Notes: generated from the letters alone by a model not told the origin. DNA of 64,000 bases from Heterodontus francisci (GCF_036365525.1 NC_090401.1:24181839-24245838), one strand, 5' to 3'; positions 36,995-49,481 are shown, counted from the first letter of the stretch. Made by a program: numbers and translations.

Positions 36995-37765
36995 GGGCTG
37001 GATTTTATGCTTTCCCCCCCACCCCCTGTGGCGGGGGTGCCCATAGAAACACAACAGGGGGCGGGGAGCATGGAGGGTCTGTCGTCAAGTGATTTTCTCG
37101 GGGGCAGGATAGGCCAATGATGGCCTTCCTGCCCAGAGGCCAATTGGAGCCCTTAATTAGCCTTTTAACAGCCAATTAAGGGCCTCTTCCAACTACGGAT
37201 GTGATCTTACCAGCAGAGGGGGGGGGGGGGGTGCATTCACCACACAGGGAGGGTACCTTGTAAAATGTGGCAGCCTCCTTGTAGGCTTGGGGGTGTCCCT
37301 CCTTCATGGGCAATCTCTGGTCCACGGAGATCCCCCTACAGGAAGCCCTTTACTTCCTGGGACCCCCCCACCCCCGGACTGCATGACCACGCCCCCTCAT
37401 CCACCCTCGCCAGGGCCTTTCAGACTGGCCCCAGTGACCCCACCTCACTTACTTGAGTTCCAGGATTCCAGTGCTGGGCCTGGGTCTGAGGCCTCTGCAG
37501 TACTGGCACTGGCCACTGCTCCTGATGGCACTGCCGATACTGCTGAGCTGCTGGCCTTCTGATTGGCTGGCAGCTCTTGGAGGCAGGATCCCTATCTTTA
37601 AAGGGGCGGGGATCCTGGCTCCTGAAATTTAGAGGTTAAAAGACTGGAGGATGGTTCTGGGATGAGTGGGGTGGGGGGGTGGGGTTGCGAAAAAGCCGAG
37701 ACAGGGTTCCCCCCTCCTTTTCGGCTTGGCGCTGGGAGCCCCGCCTCCTCCACAAAATTCAGTTC
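36995..37765. mobile_element. Harbinger-type MITE
   Basis: GGGCTGGATTTTATG / CACAAAATTCAGTTC termini; GC-rich interior with GCCAATT..GCCCTTAA motif. Confidence 0.75.
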
Positions 37766-39481
37766 ATAATGTTTGGAGCACCACAAATGCCTTGGTTTGT
37801 TGAAGCATAATTGGGCTCTTAAGGCTGTTTCTGAGCGAACTTGAGCAGTAGCATTTAAAAATGACCAGAAAATCTTTGATGTAACTTAGTATTTGTATCA
37901 ACTTAGATTTCGGGGCCTCAGTTGTGTGGAAAACTTACTTTGGAACTTTTTTAGGCAAACAAATTTGATGATAAGGGCCCCAGGTAGATAGAAAAAAGTC
38001 TATCTAAAGTTAGTTTAGTGAGTCAAAAAAGCATGTTGAGCATCTGAGCTGCGTATATTGGTTGCAAATAAAATGGAACAACGAGGTGGCAGAGTAGATG
38101 GTGAACTGGCTTTTCACCTCTGGGATCATTTCTATCTGCTAACTTCAGGACAACTTTCAGTGATCCATGTTAAAAATACCTGCAGTACAGGTGAACAGCT
38201 TTGCTTTAAAGTCAATGAATGTGTTGCGCCTGGACATGCAGGAGAAAGATGGAACTGCTCATTTTTAGCAGTTCATTTCAAGGATATCTGTGAGAGGATT
38301 GCCTTTAATCTGCACTTTGGTCATCTCTCCTTGCAAGACTTCTTTCTATGATACAGATTACCACATTCACAAATACATCACCACCAATAACTCATTGTTT
38401 CAGTCACAATGATTGCATTCCACCTGTGTGTTTGAGCTCATCGCAAGTAAGGGTTTTACAGATGTTGCTTTGACAGGTGTGGAGGTAATGTTTGAGGATG
38501 CTGGCATGGTAATTTAACAGTCAATTCAGCCAGCCGATTAACTTAATGCATTAGAGAAATCAACCCACAATTTTTTGCTATATGTAGAACTCAGTGTTTA
38601 TTCATGTCTCTAATCATTGGATTTTAAGAGGTATAACATTTTCCATGTTGTTGTAATAATGTCTAAATCAAATAATTTACATGCACAGTTATTCTCTTGT
38701 GGCTGTGCATTTTTATGTGCCCATGTAACCGATGCCTTTAACAGGGTTGTTTCATTGCCCTGTCCTGCATTCTTCCGGCTTTATGTGGTGTCAGTATTGA
38801 ACACATGTGCCACTTGCACAAAAACATTCCAGCAAATGAGACAATCACAGTTGCAATTGTACATGGCACAGGGTTTGATAAAACTCCTTTTATTTCGAGG
38901 TACTGAAATTAATTTTTTGGGACAAGTCCCAAAACCAATGTGTACTTTTCACTCTCTTTTTTTTTCAAGTGCCCAACCTGTGTGCAGCAACAGCTGCTGT
39001 TATTGTTTTTTAAATGTTAACTGCTGATGCCTGTGTGCGTTCTGAGAATGTTGCCCGTCAAATCGTCGCCAGTTTACTTTAGAAAGGCCGTAGGTCATCA
39101 TTGAAAGTAGGAACCCATTTGTTTACCAGGTAACAGGTACTGTAATAGATTAGGGTTTTCCCATTATCAAAACTGATCTTCAGTCTAGTCGAGTGAATTT
39201 AGACATGAGTAAGTCTACCAGTATTAAAACCTGTGTGTCACGTGTGGATCAATGTCCCTGTTGACCTAAAGGAAGGTGTTTTATTCCTCAATTACAATAG
39301 TATAGAAATAAATAAATAAAAAAACCTTGGCCATGTCTACAAGTCCCTCCCTCCTTTGCAAGCCCCATTCTACCACTGACCTTTGGTCATCAAAACTTTG
39401 GCTGTCTTGACTCTATTCTGGATTGTCATCCTTTAACTCTCCCGCCTTGCTACTACCTGCGATAGCTCGCTCAAAACCTAT

Positions 39482-40179
39482 GGGCTGGATTCCGCCATGG
39501 AGGTGGAGACAGGTTTGAAGGCAGGCATGGCAGCAATGGTCTGCGCCATGTTCCTGCCTCTCGCCTATTTTTCAGGGAGACAACTTTTGGGGGGTGCCAG
39601 TGGCAGGTAGCCAATTTGGCCAATTAAAGTGCCAATTGAGGGCACTGTTCGCATGCCATCTGGATTTTCCAGATAGTGGAAAGGCCTCCCAATGAAGCTG
39701 CAGCCTGTGGCTGGAAGGCTGGCGGCCTCCTGGTGGCAGGCCATGGTGATGGGGGTGGGGGAGGGTATCGTGGCAGTGGGGCATCCTGCACAGCAGCCCA
39801 GCATGGATGTACTGGCTGCGAGGGCCACAGCCATGGCTGCAAGCCATCCTTTGAAGGGGGTTTCCCTTCCTCAATGGTAGCCTGGCAACTGTGGCCACAG
39901 ATTATTTTGTTGAACGTTCAATTCTTCAGAATGCGTCTCCATGTTGAGGCGCCCTGCTGGGCCCCGACCTGCCTCAGCAGCGCCCACCTCTCCCAGTGGG
40001 GCTGCCGAGGCTCCAGAGCTGCCAGCCCTCTGATTGGGCCCCCAGCATCGCGAGCCCACCAATTAGGAGGCTTCCTCCCACGAGATCGCTGACCTGGTCT
40101 CACTACTGGTAAACGTAGGCTCGGGACCTCTATTTGGTCACGACAACAGTGTCCAGGAGCTCGTGGGAGAATCTAGACC
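39482..40179. mobile_element. Harbinger-type MITE (degenerate)
   Basis: GGGCTGGATTC / GAATCTAGACC termini; GC-rich; sits in an old L2-like tail fragment. Confidence 0.6.
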
Positions 40180-40892
40180 GACACCTTTGAGCGTGCATTC
40201 AGTTACCTCTCCTAACTCAGAATGTTGGGAGAAGGAGAAATGGAATAATAAGATACAATGACTTGAAAGTGGTTACAGATTTTGTTTATGTGTTTGTTAT
40301 GTAGGGTTAATACAGTAATGTACTCCTCTAACATTTTATTCGCCATTTTAACAGAATTGCAAGGTTTTCTTTCAGCATCATCTTGTGAGCTGAAAACTTA
40401 ACTTGAAATTAAACATTTTTTTTTAAAGTCAGCCCAGAGATTCAAATTTCTTGAAACTGCCATCAGTCTGAAGGTGAATATATAACCGTACTGTTTACTT
40501 GATCATAAATTTTGCTATGAAATTATGTAACAAATCTGGTAAATGATTTTCTCATTATTTTATGAGCCAGTGAAAATAGTGCCTTTAGCCAGTGCACTTA
40601 ATTCAGTATGAAAATGTCTGTAGGTGCACATTGAGGCTGCTGTGTTCTGGCTCGATATCAATTGGCCTCAATCAGGGAGCACTAGTCAGGAACGATAAAG
40701 CAGTGTTTCAATTTTCGATATCATTGCTTTCCACAGTGACCCAGCAGGTGAGGTTGCTGCAAACCATTTTGTCCCCTTTTCGTTATTCTTTGATTTGGAT
40801 TTAGTCATTAATCTCAAGCAGGCTGCAGCAAGGCAGCCTTGACCTGCTAAGAAAGGCTGTTCTACAATTGTGGGAAACAAATGTATGAAAAA

Positions 40893-41116
40893 GAAAAGAC
40901 TTGCATTTATATCGCACCTTTCATGACCTCAGGACTCCCCAAAGCGGTTTACAGCCAATGAAGTGCTTTTGAATTGTAGTCACTTTAGTATTTGCACACT
41001 GCAAATTCCCACAAACAGCAACATAATAACGACCAGATAATCTGTTTTTAGTGATGTTAACTGAGGGTTAAATATTGGCTACGACATTGAGGAGAACATC
41101 CCTGATCATCTTTAAA
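40893..41116 (-). mobile_element. DeuSINE 3' half
   Basis: AAAGACTTGCATTTATATCGCACCTTTCATGACCTCAGGA..TACAGCCAATGAAGT..CCCACAAACAGCAA..GACCAGATAATCTGTTTT. Confidence 0.75.
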
Positions 41117-41334
41117 TGTTGAACTTCTCACACTGTTTCATAAAGAATCATAAGTGTTGGGCTTTACAGGAGTAAAATCCCATGGCAGCGTCGATTATAA
41201 AAGCAATTGGTCAATTAAAGTGAACCAGTTCTACGATTTTGAAGCAGGCTGATTCATACCTGCTGGGCCCTCAATGTCCTTTTACCTCTCAAACTTGTAT
41301 TTATGTATCACTTTTAATATAACACATCTCAAGT

Positions 41335-41905
41335 CTACGCAAATTGAAACAGACAAGATAACTGATGGAGACCTTTGGAGGGAGAGATTAGCAGGGGTGA
41401 CTCAGAGCCTGATCAAAAGGATTAGGATTTCAGAGAGCCTTCAGGAAAAGAGGTGTAGAGGTGAAGGAATTCAGGAAGGGAGTTCCAGAGATTGGGACCA
41501 AGGTGGCTGAAAACTATCACCGGTGGTTTGCCAAAGGGATTGGGAATGCGCTTAAAGTCGAAGTCAAAGGACAGGAAGTCAATGTAGGTCAGAGAGTACA
41601 GGGCTGATGTCCCAGCAGGACATAGCGTGAGATAGAACTTGGGCAGCAGCGTTTTAGGTAAATGGATTTTTGGGTGGATAAGAAGCCAGAATGCAGGGTA
41701 TTTCAAAAGTTGAGTCAAGATGAGAAAAGCATAGTTAAGAATTTCAGTACTAGAGGACTGAAGTCGTAACAGAAATGGGAAATATTGCACAGGTAGCAAT
41801 GGGCAGTCTTGGTGATGATGGGATGCAAGGTCTGAGGTGCAACTTGGGATCGAACAGGATGATGATTTTTTGTATTGTCAATTTAGCTTAAGTGAGTGGT
41901 TGGGT
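41335..41905 (-). mobile_element. Old L2 fragment
   Basis: Minus strand SHLGPNLWNSLP..; colinear with the L2 copies at 17348 and 63130. Confidence 0.55.
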
Positions 41906-43061
41906 GGAAAGGAAATGGGATCAGTAGCAAGGAGAAAAGTTTATTGAATTAGTGTAGGAGCTGAAAACTAAATTCATTGGTGCCTGAAACAAGAATTAAG
42001 GAAAATATTACCTGGTCCAAGTCTCTGGGCAACCGCACAATGTGGTAGGTCTAGTTCAAATCTGGTGTGTTCTGTACTGTTCATGCTGTTTCATTTAAGT
42101 CCCTTTCCTTATGGCTCTATTTTTCTTGCATTAGCCAAAACTTATCACTCACAGCCTGATTGTCTCCACTCTGTCTAACTTATAGAATTATTGAATCATC
42201 GAATGTTTACACTACAGAAGGAAGCCATTCCGCCCATTGTGTCCATGCCAGTTCTCTGCAAGAGTACCTCAGCAAGTCCCACTCCCCCACCCTTTCCCTG
42301 TAACCATGTAAAAGGTAGAGTTCCCTGTTAATAAGGGTCTGGGCTTTTAAAAAAAATTTACTCTTCCTCCCCCTTTCTCCTCCTTCCTTTTCCGAAGATG
42401 CTGGCTTCTGTTTGGCTAAGGTTCCATCAGGCCATTCACCATTTATTACATGACTGAAGAAGGTATTTAACTTTTGTGTCTGGGCACAGTGGAAGTAACT
42501 TTAATTTAAAAAAAACCTGTGTGCCAATGGACATATCATTTGCGTGCATTTTTCCATGAACTGATTTTTCCCATTGCTTCTGTTGTCATGGCATGTCAAA
42601 TCAGCACAGCAGTTTTCCGGAGTTTCTTCAGCAGTAAAATAATAAGTAAATCATAGCTGAATCGGGGGAGGCTGGGGGTGCACTGAGTCTCTCAGCACAG
42701 GTAATCAAGATGTTGATGATATAACAAATGAGTCACATCCAGGAAAACATTACAGGATTAAACAATGACTTTTTATTTAAATGGGTTATTAAAATGAACT
42801 GATTTCATTGGGAGTCATAATATTTATATATTGCACTTAATGTAATAAATGTTCCAATTCATTTCACAGGGTTTAAAAGAAAATTAGTTGGGAAATAACT
42901 GAATGGTCTATTTGTCAACTCCCACTTTATAAGATCACCACTGCTCTGCGTGATCATTTTTTCATTCCCTGTTCACAGGCATGTGGAATCAGCTTTTCCT
43001 TCTCTAGTTTTAATGAGTTATTAATGATAATACATGTAAAAATAAATTGTAGTTTGCAAAT

Positions 43062-43450
43062 TTTTTTATTCTTTCGGAGGATGTGGGCATTGCTGGCAGG
43101 CCAGCATTTGTTGCCCAGCCCTAATTGCCCATGAACTGAGTAGCTTGCTAGGCCATTTCAGAGGGCAGTTAGGAGTCAACCACATTGCTGTGGGTCTAGT
43201 GTCACATGTCGGCCAGACCAGGTAAGGATGGTAGATTTCCTTCCCTAAAGGACATTAATGAAGCAGATGGGTTTTTACAATTGATGACAATTTCATGGCG
43301 CCATTACTGAGGCTAGTTTTCAATGATTGATTAATTGAATTTAAATTCCACTAGCTGCCGTGGTGGGATTTGATCCCATGTCCCCAGGACATTGACCTGA
43401 GTCGCTGTATTACTAGTCCAGTGAAATTAGCACTATGCCACCATCTCCCC
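43062..43450 (-). mobile_element. Full-length tRNA-derived SINE (second family) with CR1-group LINE tail
   Basis: Minus strand GGAGATGGTGGCATAGTG (A box)..GGGATCAAATCCC (B box)..tail GGGCAATTAGGGCTGGGCAACAAATGCTGGCC..CACATCC..GAATAAAAAA. Confidence 0.8.
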
Positions 43451-44760
43451 TTACAGGGACTAAGAGGTGGAGCTGGATTTTGCTGATTGACTTGAGATCC
43501 CGACGGCAGTGTCATTTCCATGTCACGTGACTGCTAACACTGATGGTGGGTCTTCTGCAGGTATCTTGTGCAATGCAGCCAATTAATGGCAGGGCTGCGG
43601 GGAGCCAACTAATAATGGGTCGTGGGTGGGAGCTAGTGCTGGTAGCAAGCTTGAGGGTGCCATCTTTAAAGGCCATGCTGCAGCCTTCATCATATGGAGG
43701 CTGCACACAGAGAAGGCTGAAAAATGAGTGCAGCAGAAGGCAATGTGTGGAGGGATGGCTGGAGTGCAAAGAAAGGTCGGGCCACGTTTCAGTGATGGCT
43801 GCCTGGCGGTGCAGGAAAGGAGAGGTACTATTCCTGACGACTGGAGATGAAGGCCAGTCAACCTCACAAAGAAGGCCTGGCTGGAGGTGGCCGAAGAATT
43901 GAGCTGTCATGGGGTCATGGCACGAACATGGATGCAGTGCCTCAGTGACATCATGAGAAATGGCAAAGTGATTGGCATGCATGCTGACAAGGTGGCAGGC
44001 CTGGACGACCCGTGCACAGAGACTGAACAACGACAAATGAGTGCATCAAGACAGAGAGGAGTGTCACACCAGAGCACCATGGCCAATCATGGATGAACAC
44101 ACGCAAGAGGCTTCCAAGTGTCGCAGTGATGACCATTCAAAGTGGCACAGCTTCATGAGCATCACAGGAGCAGAAGAGTTGTGTCACACTCCTTTTCTGT
44201 GTTGTTGCAAGAGAAGGGAGCTCATAATACAAAAAAGCAGAGACAGATAAGTGGTGTGCCCTTCCTCCCAATGATCACCCAGCTGGAGGAGGAGGTGATG
44301 GAGATTGGCAGCAGGCTAGGTTGTCATGGAGGGCGAAGTGGGTGAGGAGCCCAGAGAGAGTGAGAGAAGCAATGGTTACAGAGATGAATCCAACTCAGTT
44401 GTCTTTTCAGTGCGCCTTTGTGCTGAACAATGACCATATGAAGCTCAGGTGCATGTACAGCCAGGAGGAAGGAGGTGCATAGGGACTTTGTTAACAGCAC
44501 TGTTATTTCTCCTAATATGAGTTCTTTGTGTTATCTTAAGCAACACTGATGCGGTACATGGATTCAAGTTTCTTGAAGATCTCTAGAAGGTTTCTTAACA
44601 GCTAAACTAGTATATACAATACAGAGAAAACTAAATAGAGAACCTTTGTTCAGGATGTTACAGTGCAGAGTGACTATGGCTTCTAGTCACATGGCTACAT
44701 CCAGGTACTTAGCTCATGAGCATACTGAATTCTTAAAGGCTGTGTTTGCTGACAACGCAA

Positions 44761-44776
44761 CCACCAGGTGGCGCTG
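44761..44776 (+). promoter_or_regulatory. CTCF-like core motif
   Basis: CCACCAGGTGGCGCTG fits the CCA(C/G)CAG(G/A)(G/T)GGCGC consensus; binding not shown. Confidence 0.45.
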
Positions 44777-44917
44777 CAGTGGCACATGAACAAATGCAGC
44801 CTGTGCCACTAAAACGTCACAGTCTGTGATGTCATGCAGCTGCCAGGACTAAAGATGGCGCTGCTCAAATAACCACACCAAGGCAACCTAATCCCATGGC
44901 AGCACACAATGGCCTGA

Positions 44918-45105
44918 GGGAGAGAGCGAGCGGGCCGGGGAGGGAGTGAGCGGGCCGGGGAGGGAGGGAGCAAGCAGGCTGAGGAGGGAGGGAGCGGGCC
45001 GGGGAGGGAGGGAACAGGCAAGCAGGCCGGGGAGGGAGGGAGCGGGCTGGGGAGTGGGTGAGCAGGCCGGCGAGGGAGCAAGCGGGCGGCGGGTGGGGGG
45101 AAAGT
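44918..45105 (+). repeat. G-rich degenerate minisatellite, ~20-bp unit GAGCGGGCCGGGGAGGGAGG
   Basis: Multiple consecutive imperfect units read directly from the sequence. Confidence 0.8.
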
Positions 45106-47439
45106 GGGCAGGCGGGGGGGAGGAGTAGAGCGCACCCGCCACCACCTAGGTCTTCGGCTGTGCTCTCCCCGCTCCCCCCACCGCTCCCACCCCCACCCCG
45201 CCCCACCCCCGCTCTCTGCTCACATTACGCAATGACTTCATCTGCACATGAACCAACCAGTCCTGGCAATGCGGAATGCAGCGCATGCGCAGAGAGTAGG
45301 AGCCAATCTGCTCATGTACGCAGATTGGCGCAGTCTGATGACGTCAGTTGCCGGCTGCGTTGTCAATAATCACTTTGGTTCTTAAATGGATATCACTCTT
45401 AAAGCGATCATACAACATCTCTCACAAGGCTGGTGGTGAAGGCGATGCAGCAGAGGGCACAGAACCAGCAGAGATCTCAGAGACGGAGGTACAATCTCAA
45501 GAGGTGCCGTCACATCAGTCCAACGCATTCTCCACCATCGCAGATACTTTCGCATCTGTGGGGCATGACGCACAGTTTCAACGGATGTACCAGCTAGTGA
45601 GCACGGCATACATGTGCAGGAGCAGGTGATGGAGGCAGTGATAACTGTGGCCAGTTCCCATTGGAGGAGTGAAGACAGGAGCAGCAATGCTTAGCTTTAC
45701 ACGGATGCTAAGTCTCGGGGGTTATCAACAAAGCAGGTGCTTATAGAGCAGCAGCGTGAAACATGTGGACTTCTGTCAGAGTTCCCAGAGTCTCGTGGAG
45801 AGCTACATACAGTAGGCTATGGAATGGATGGAGGAGGCTGCACCAACCTCCACAGTATGGCAGCAACCTTGAGCAATGTTGAGCGCTGGGTTAGCGATAT
45901 GGCTCAGAGATGCATTGTCAGGTGTCAGTCCTCTCCTGGTAAGCAGGCCATGAAAGGATCGAGGAATGGATGGCTGAAGGCGATGGGGGCTTTGCTTAAG
46001 TCATCCCCAGCTTGGGTGGTGGTTCCTTGGCCCCTCTGACAGTGACACAAATGCTGCAGCCAGTCCCGATAACCAAGGCTGCTCCTGCATAGATGCTCCT
46101 GCATAGGACCCTCAAGGGTCCTGCAACCCAGAAGTCATCTGCCACAGGCATCTAATGCAAAGGCGCAGCAACGCCAGCAGGCTGCCCCCATATCAGCTCC
46201 AGTCACATGGCAGGTGGGGTGATTTAATTCAGCATAAGTTGATATTTTGATTTCCCAACCTGGGGTTTTTGTTTTGTAATTAAGTCAGCGGTGTGTTTGC
46301 TGCAGTGTGGGGTTCACCTCATATGTGGCGGGTTGCAGCTTTCCCATTTGTCAGTCAGTGGCGCATGGGAATCTCAAGGGACCCGGTTCACATTTGTTTA
46401 AAGGTGGCATGCACCAGTCAGCTTAGTGCAGTTGTGTCTGAGGTCAGTGTTTTTTTTTTCTTGAGCTCCACGGCACAAGAAATGCCACCATTGGGATGGA
46501 TGTTTGGCTCCAGCCTTGGGACCAGCAAGGACAATTTGTTTGCGGGGATGGCAGGAAAGGCATAGTGGGGGAGAACACGGGGTGGGGGGTCTCAGGTGCC
46601 TGGAGGAGTAGGGGAGGGAATGTTGTGAACTGGGTGTTGATGTTGCAGTGGGGGCAGGGGTGTTGTTTTGAGCAGAAGATTAGAGTGATGGTCATGACCG
46701 GCCTAAAGGGCAGCTTGAGTGATGTCCACATCAGGGTGCTGTGGGGAGAACTCAGAGTACTGGCTGGTGGACAGAACAGTCACAGTCACAGGGGGCAGTT
46801 GGATTCTGTAGGGGGAAGGTCAAGACTCAGGGTTGGGTATTCAATATCATCATAGGGATGGGAACGGGACTCAGCAATGATTTCTAGTTTGATTTATGGA
46901 GGATCAAACATTAGAGTAGGAATTTTGATGGTCACAGGTGTAGGAATAGAGGGGAGGGATGGCATATATAAGTTTTTAGTTATGCAGTCCAAGGTATTGG
47001 GGGAAGGTTCAAGGGCTACACAGGGAAGGTGTAAGGTAATGCTGGCTGCGTTAAGGGTGATGGTTGCAGGCTGTAAGGTGGCAGGAGGAGGTTGAAAGGT
47101 CAGGAAATTCACCTCGATTGACTCACACACCATTTGGCCAAATGATATTGTAAACTATGTGCAATTCAAGGATTTCAAATTGATTGGGATGAGACCAATA
47201 ATGGATGGGTGGATTACAGGCTGGGTGGAATGTGAGTCGCCTACTAGCTACCTGCTCGTTAGTTCATGGTAGAGTTCCATGGCAAAACACAGCTGAATTT
47301 AACGCTGGTCTCATTTTAACAGTTGCAAAGTTGCAAAGACATGGGTCTCATGCACACAATTTTTCTCCTACCACGGGAAGAAGAGCAGAGGATGCGACTG
47401 AAGAGGGCTCTTGTAGCTCAACGCCAGCACAAGAGGGTG

Positions 47440-48512
47440 AGGCTGCTCAGAATGTTGCCATCCAGGGAAGGCATTACAGAAGGCTGGCGTTGGTGTGTCA
47501 GCGCATCCTCAGGACAATAACAAACTACCTTCAGGTGTCCGAGAGTCTATGCCAAAGAAGCCTGAGCATGTCACATGAGTTGGCCACTGAAATTTATGCA
47601 ATCATTCAGCATGACCTGTACCGTGGGATTCCCATGCCAGGTGGTCTCAAGATTACTGCTACACTCAAATTTTTGCAGTGGTTCCCAGGGCTCAGCAGCT
47701 GACATCTTACAGGCTGCTACTCATAGCTGCATCAAAGAGGTTACCAATGCCTATTCAGCTGTGCCAGTAATTTTATTTATTTCCCGGTAGACAAGGACAG
47801 CCAGGCAGCAAGGTCAGCAGCCTTCAGCGCCATCGTTCGTTTCCCTAGAGTACAAGGGGTGATTGACTGTAGTCATGTGGCCGTTACAGCTCCCTGGCAC
47901 CAGTCAGCTGCATGTGTGCATTGCAAAGGCGTTCACTCTTTGAGTGTTCAACTGGTTTGCGACCTCATGCAAAAGAATATGCAGGTCTGTGCTCACTTCT
48001 CAGGGAGCTGTCACAATTCATACATTTTAAGCAACTCACGGCTACCAGGCATTTTTAAAGCACCAGCCCATGTTGATGGCAGAATCCTGGGTGACAATGG
48101 TTACCCCCTTTGGACATGGTTAATGACATGAGTGCGTCGTCCCCAAAGTGCAGCTGAAGAGTGTTACAACGCTGCTCACTCACCCACCAGAGCCATCATC
48201 GAACACACCATAGGCTTGCTGAAAATGTGCTTCTGCTGCCTTGACTGGTCTGGAGGTGCTCTTCAGTACACGCCACAGAGGGTGTCATGAATAATTGTTG
48301 TCTGCTGTGCACTGCACAACCTGGCAATGCAACGTGGACATATTTTGCTTGCGGAGTAATAGGAGGAGCAGCACTCCTCCTCAGATGAGGATGAATACGA
48401 AGAGCCTGAGCAGGAGGGCAATAATATGATGGAGAATTTTATGAATGTTAGGGCCATTGGAGAGACCTGCAAGGGACATCAGGGAGAACCTTATCTTTGA
48501 ACGTTTCCACAA
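47440..48512 (+). pseudogene. Harbinger DDE transposase remnant (inner element)
   Basis: NYLQVSESLCQRSLSMS, GLKITATL.F, FPRVQGVIDCSHVAV, KGVHSLSVQLVCD, ILGDNGYPLWTWLMT, IEHTIGLLKM, LHNLAMQRG, acidic tail; stops and frameshifts. Confidence 0.88.
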
Positions 48513-49156
48513 AGATGGATGCACTTACCGAATTAAAGCTCAAATGAATGAAATTCAACCTCGCAAAATGTTCAAATACCCCTGCCATCTGTTTCATTGC
48601 TGTAATATAGAAGCTTGCCTCGCATAATATCAACAATTGCATCTGCAGTGGAGATGGGCTTAACGCTCATTCTGTTAAGAACTTTGTTGTGAACTACTTG
48701 CGTCTCCAAGGTAATAGTGTCTGGCTTTTCCGCGGAAGATGCTGAACAGTTACAGCACTTTGATACGACCAGCACATCAAGACCGATCCAGGTTGCAATG
48801 AAGCTGCACCAGCTACAGGGCTTGCAAGAGAGGGTCTAGAGAACTTGCATTGGAAGGCCTGCCACTAAGTAATACTGCAAAAATTTTCATGAAACAGGCA
48901 GCTGTCATTGATGACTGAAGGCACATATTTCAATAATAGCAACAAAATGGTGATTCTCTAAAATCATTAGAAAGCATAAATGCATGCCAGCCAAAAGGCA
49001 ACAATAATTATTCTCTTCAGATCGCTAACTTTAAATGATTGATGAGAATGTATGAAAAAGTAAATCAAATAAATGTATTTCACACTATTAGACTTCGCTT
49101 TGACACAATCATGAACCACCCGTGCTACCACCATGCTCACAATTCCTTTATTTTCC

Positions 49157-49481
49157 TTTTTTTATTTTTATTTAGAGATACAGCACTGAAAAAGGCCCTT
49201 CGGCCCACCGAGTCTGTGCCGGCCAACAACCACCCATTTATACTAACCCTACAGTAATCCCATATTCCCTACCACCTACCTACACTAGGGGCAATTTACA
49301 ACAGCCAATTTACCTATCACCTGCAAGTCTTTTGGATGTGGGAGGAAACCGGAGCACCCAGCGAAAACCCACGCTGACACAGGGAGAACTTGCAAACTCC
49401 GCACAGGCAGTACCCAGAATCAAACCCGGGTCTCTGGAGCTGTGAGGCTGCGGTGCTAACCACTGCGCCACTGTGCCGCCC
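49157..49481 (-). mobile_element. HE1-like V-SINE (shorter variant)
   Basis: Same head, V-domain and tail as 1236-1589 but lacks the internal CACATCCCCACCTGTCCCTATATTTCCC segment. Confidence 0.88.

Larger units (their letters stand above)
44738..45378. mobile_element. Unclassified CpG-rich non-autonomous element
   Basis: Direct repeat TTCTTAAA at 44730 and 45379; subterminal inverted repeat TGACAACGCAACC (44750) / GGCTGCGTTGTCA (to 45365). Confidence 0.65.
44513..45417 (-). mobile_element. Family-B solo LTR in intron 2 of the Myb remnant, split by a GC-rich insertion
   Basis: Reverse complement of 33164-33412 on both sides of the insertion; TSD TCTCC/TCTCT. Confidence 0.7.
43760..46205 (+). 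pseudogene. Harbinger Myb/SANT-like gene remnant, three exons (~43760-43967, ~44211-44359, ~45430-46205)
   Basis: EVLF..KKAWLEVAEELSCHGVMARTWMQC; EKGAHN..LEEEVMEIG; EVPSH..STIADTFASVG; frameshifted. Confidence 0.75.

Noticed and set aside
44918-45105. CRISPR-like array or Pro-rich protein (ORFs 44809-45206)
   Set aside because: Degenerate tandem minisatellite without spacers; the ORFs result from GC-rich low complexity in a eukaryotic context
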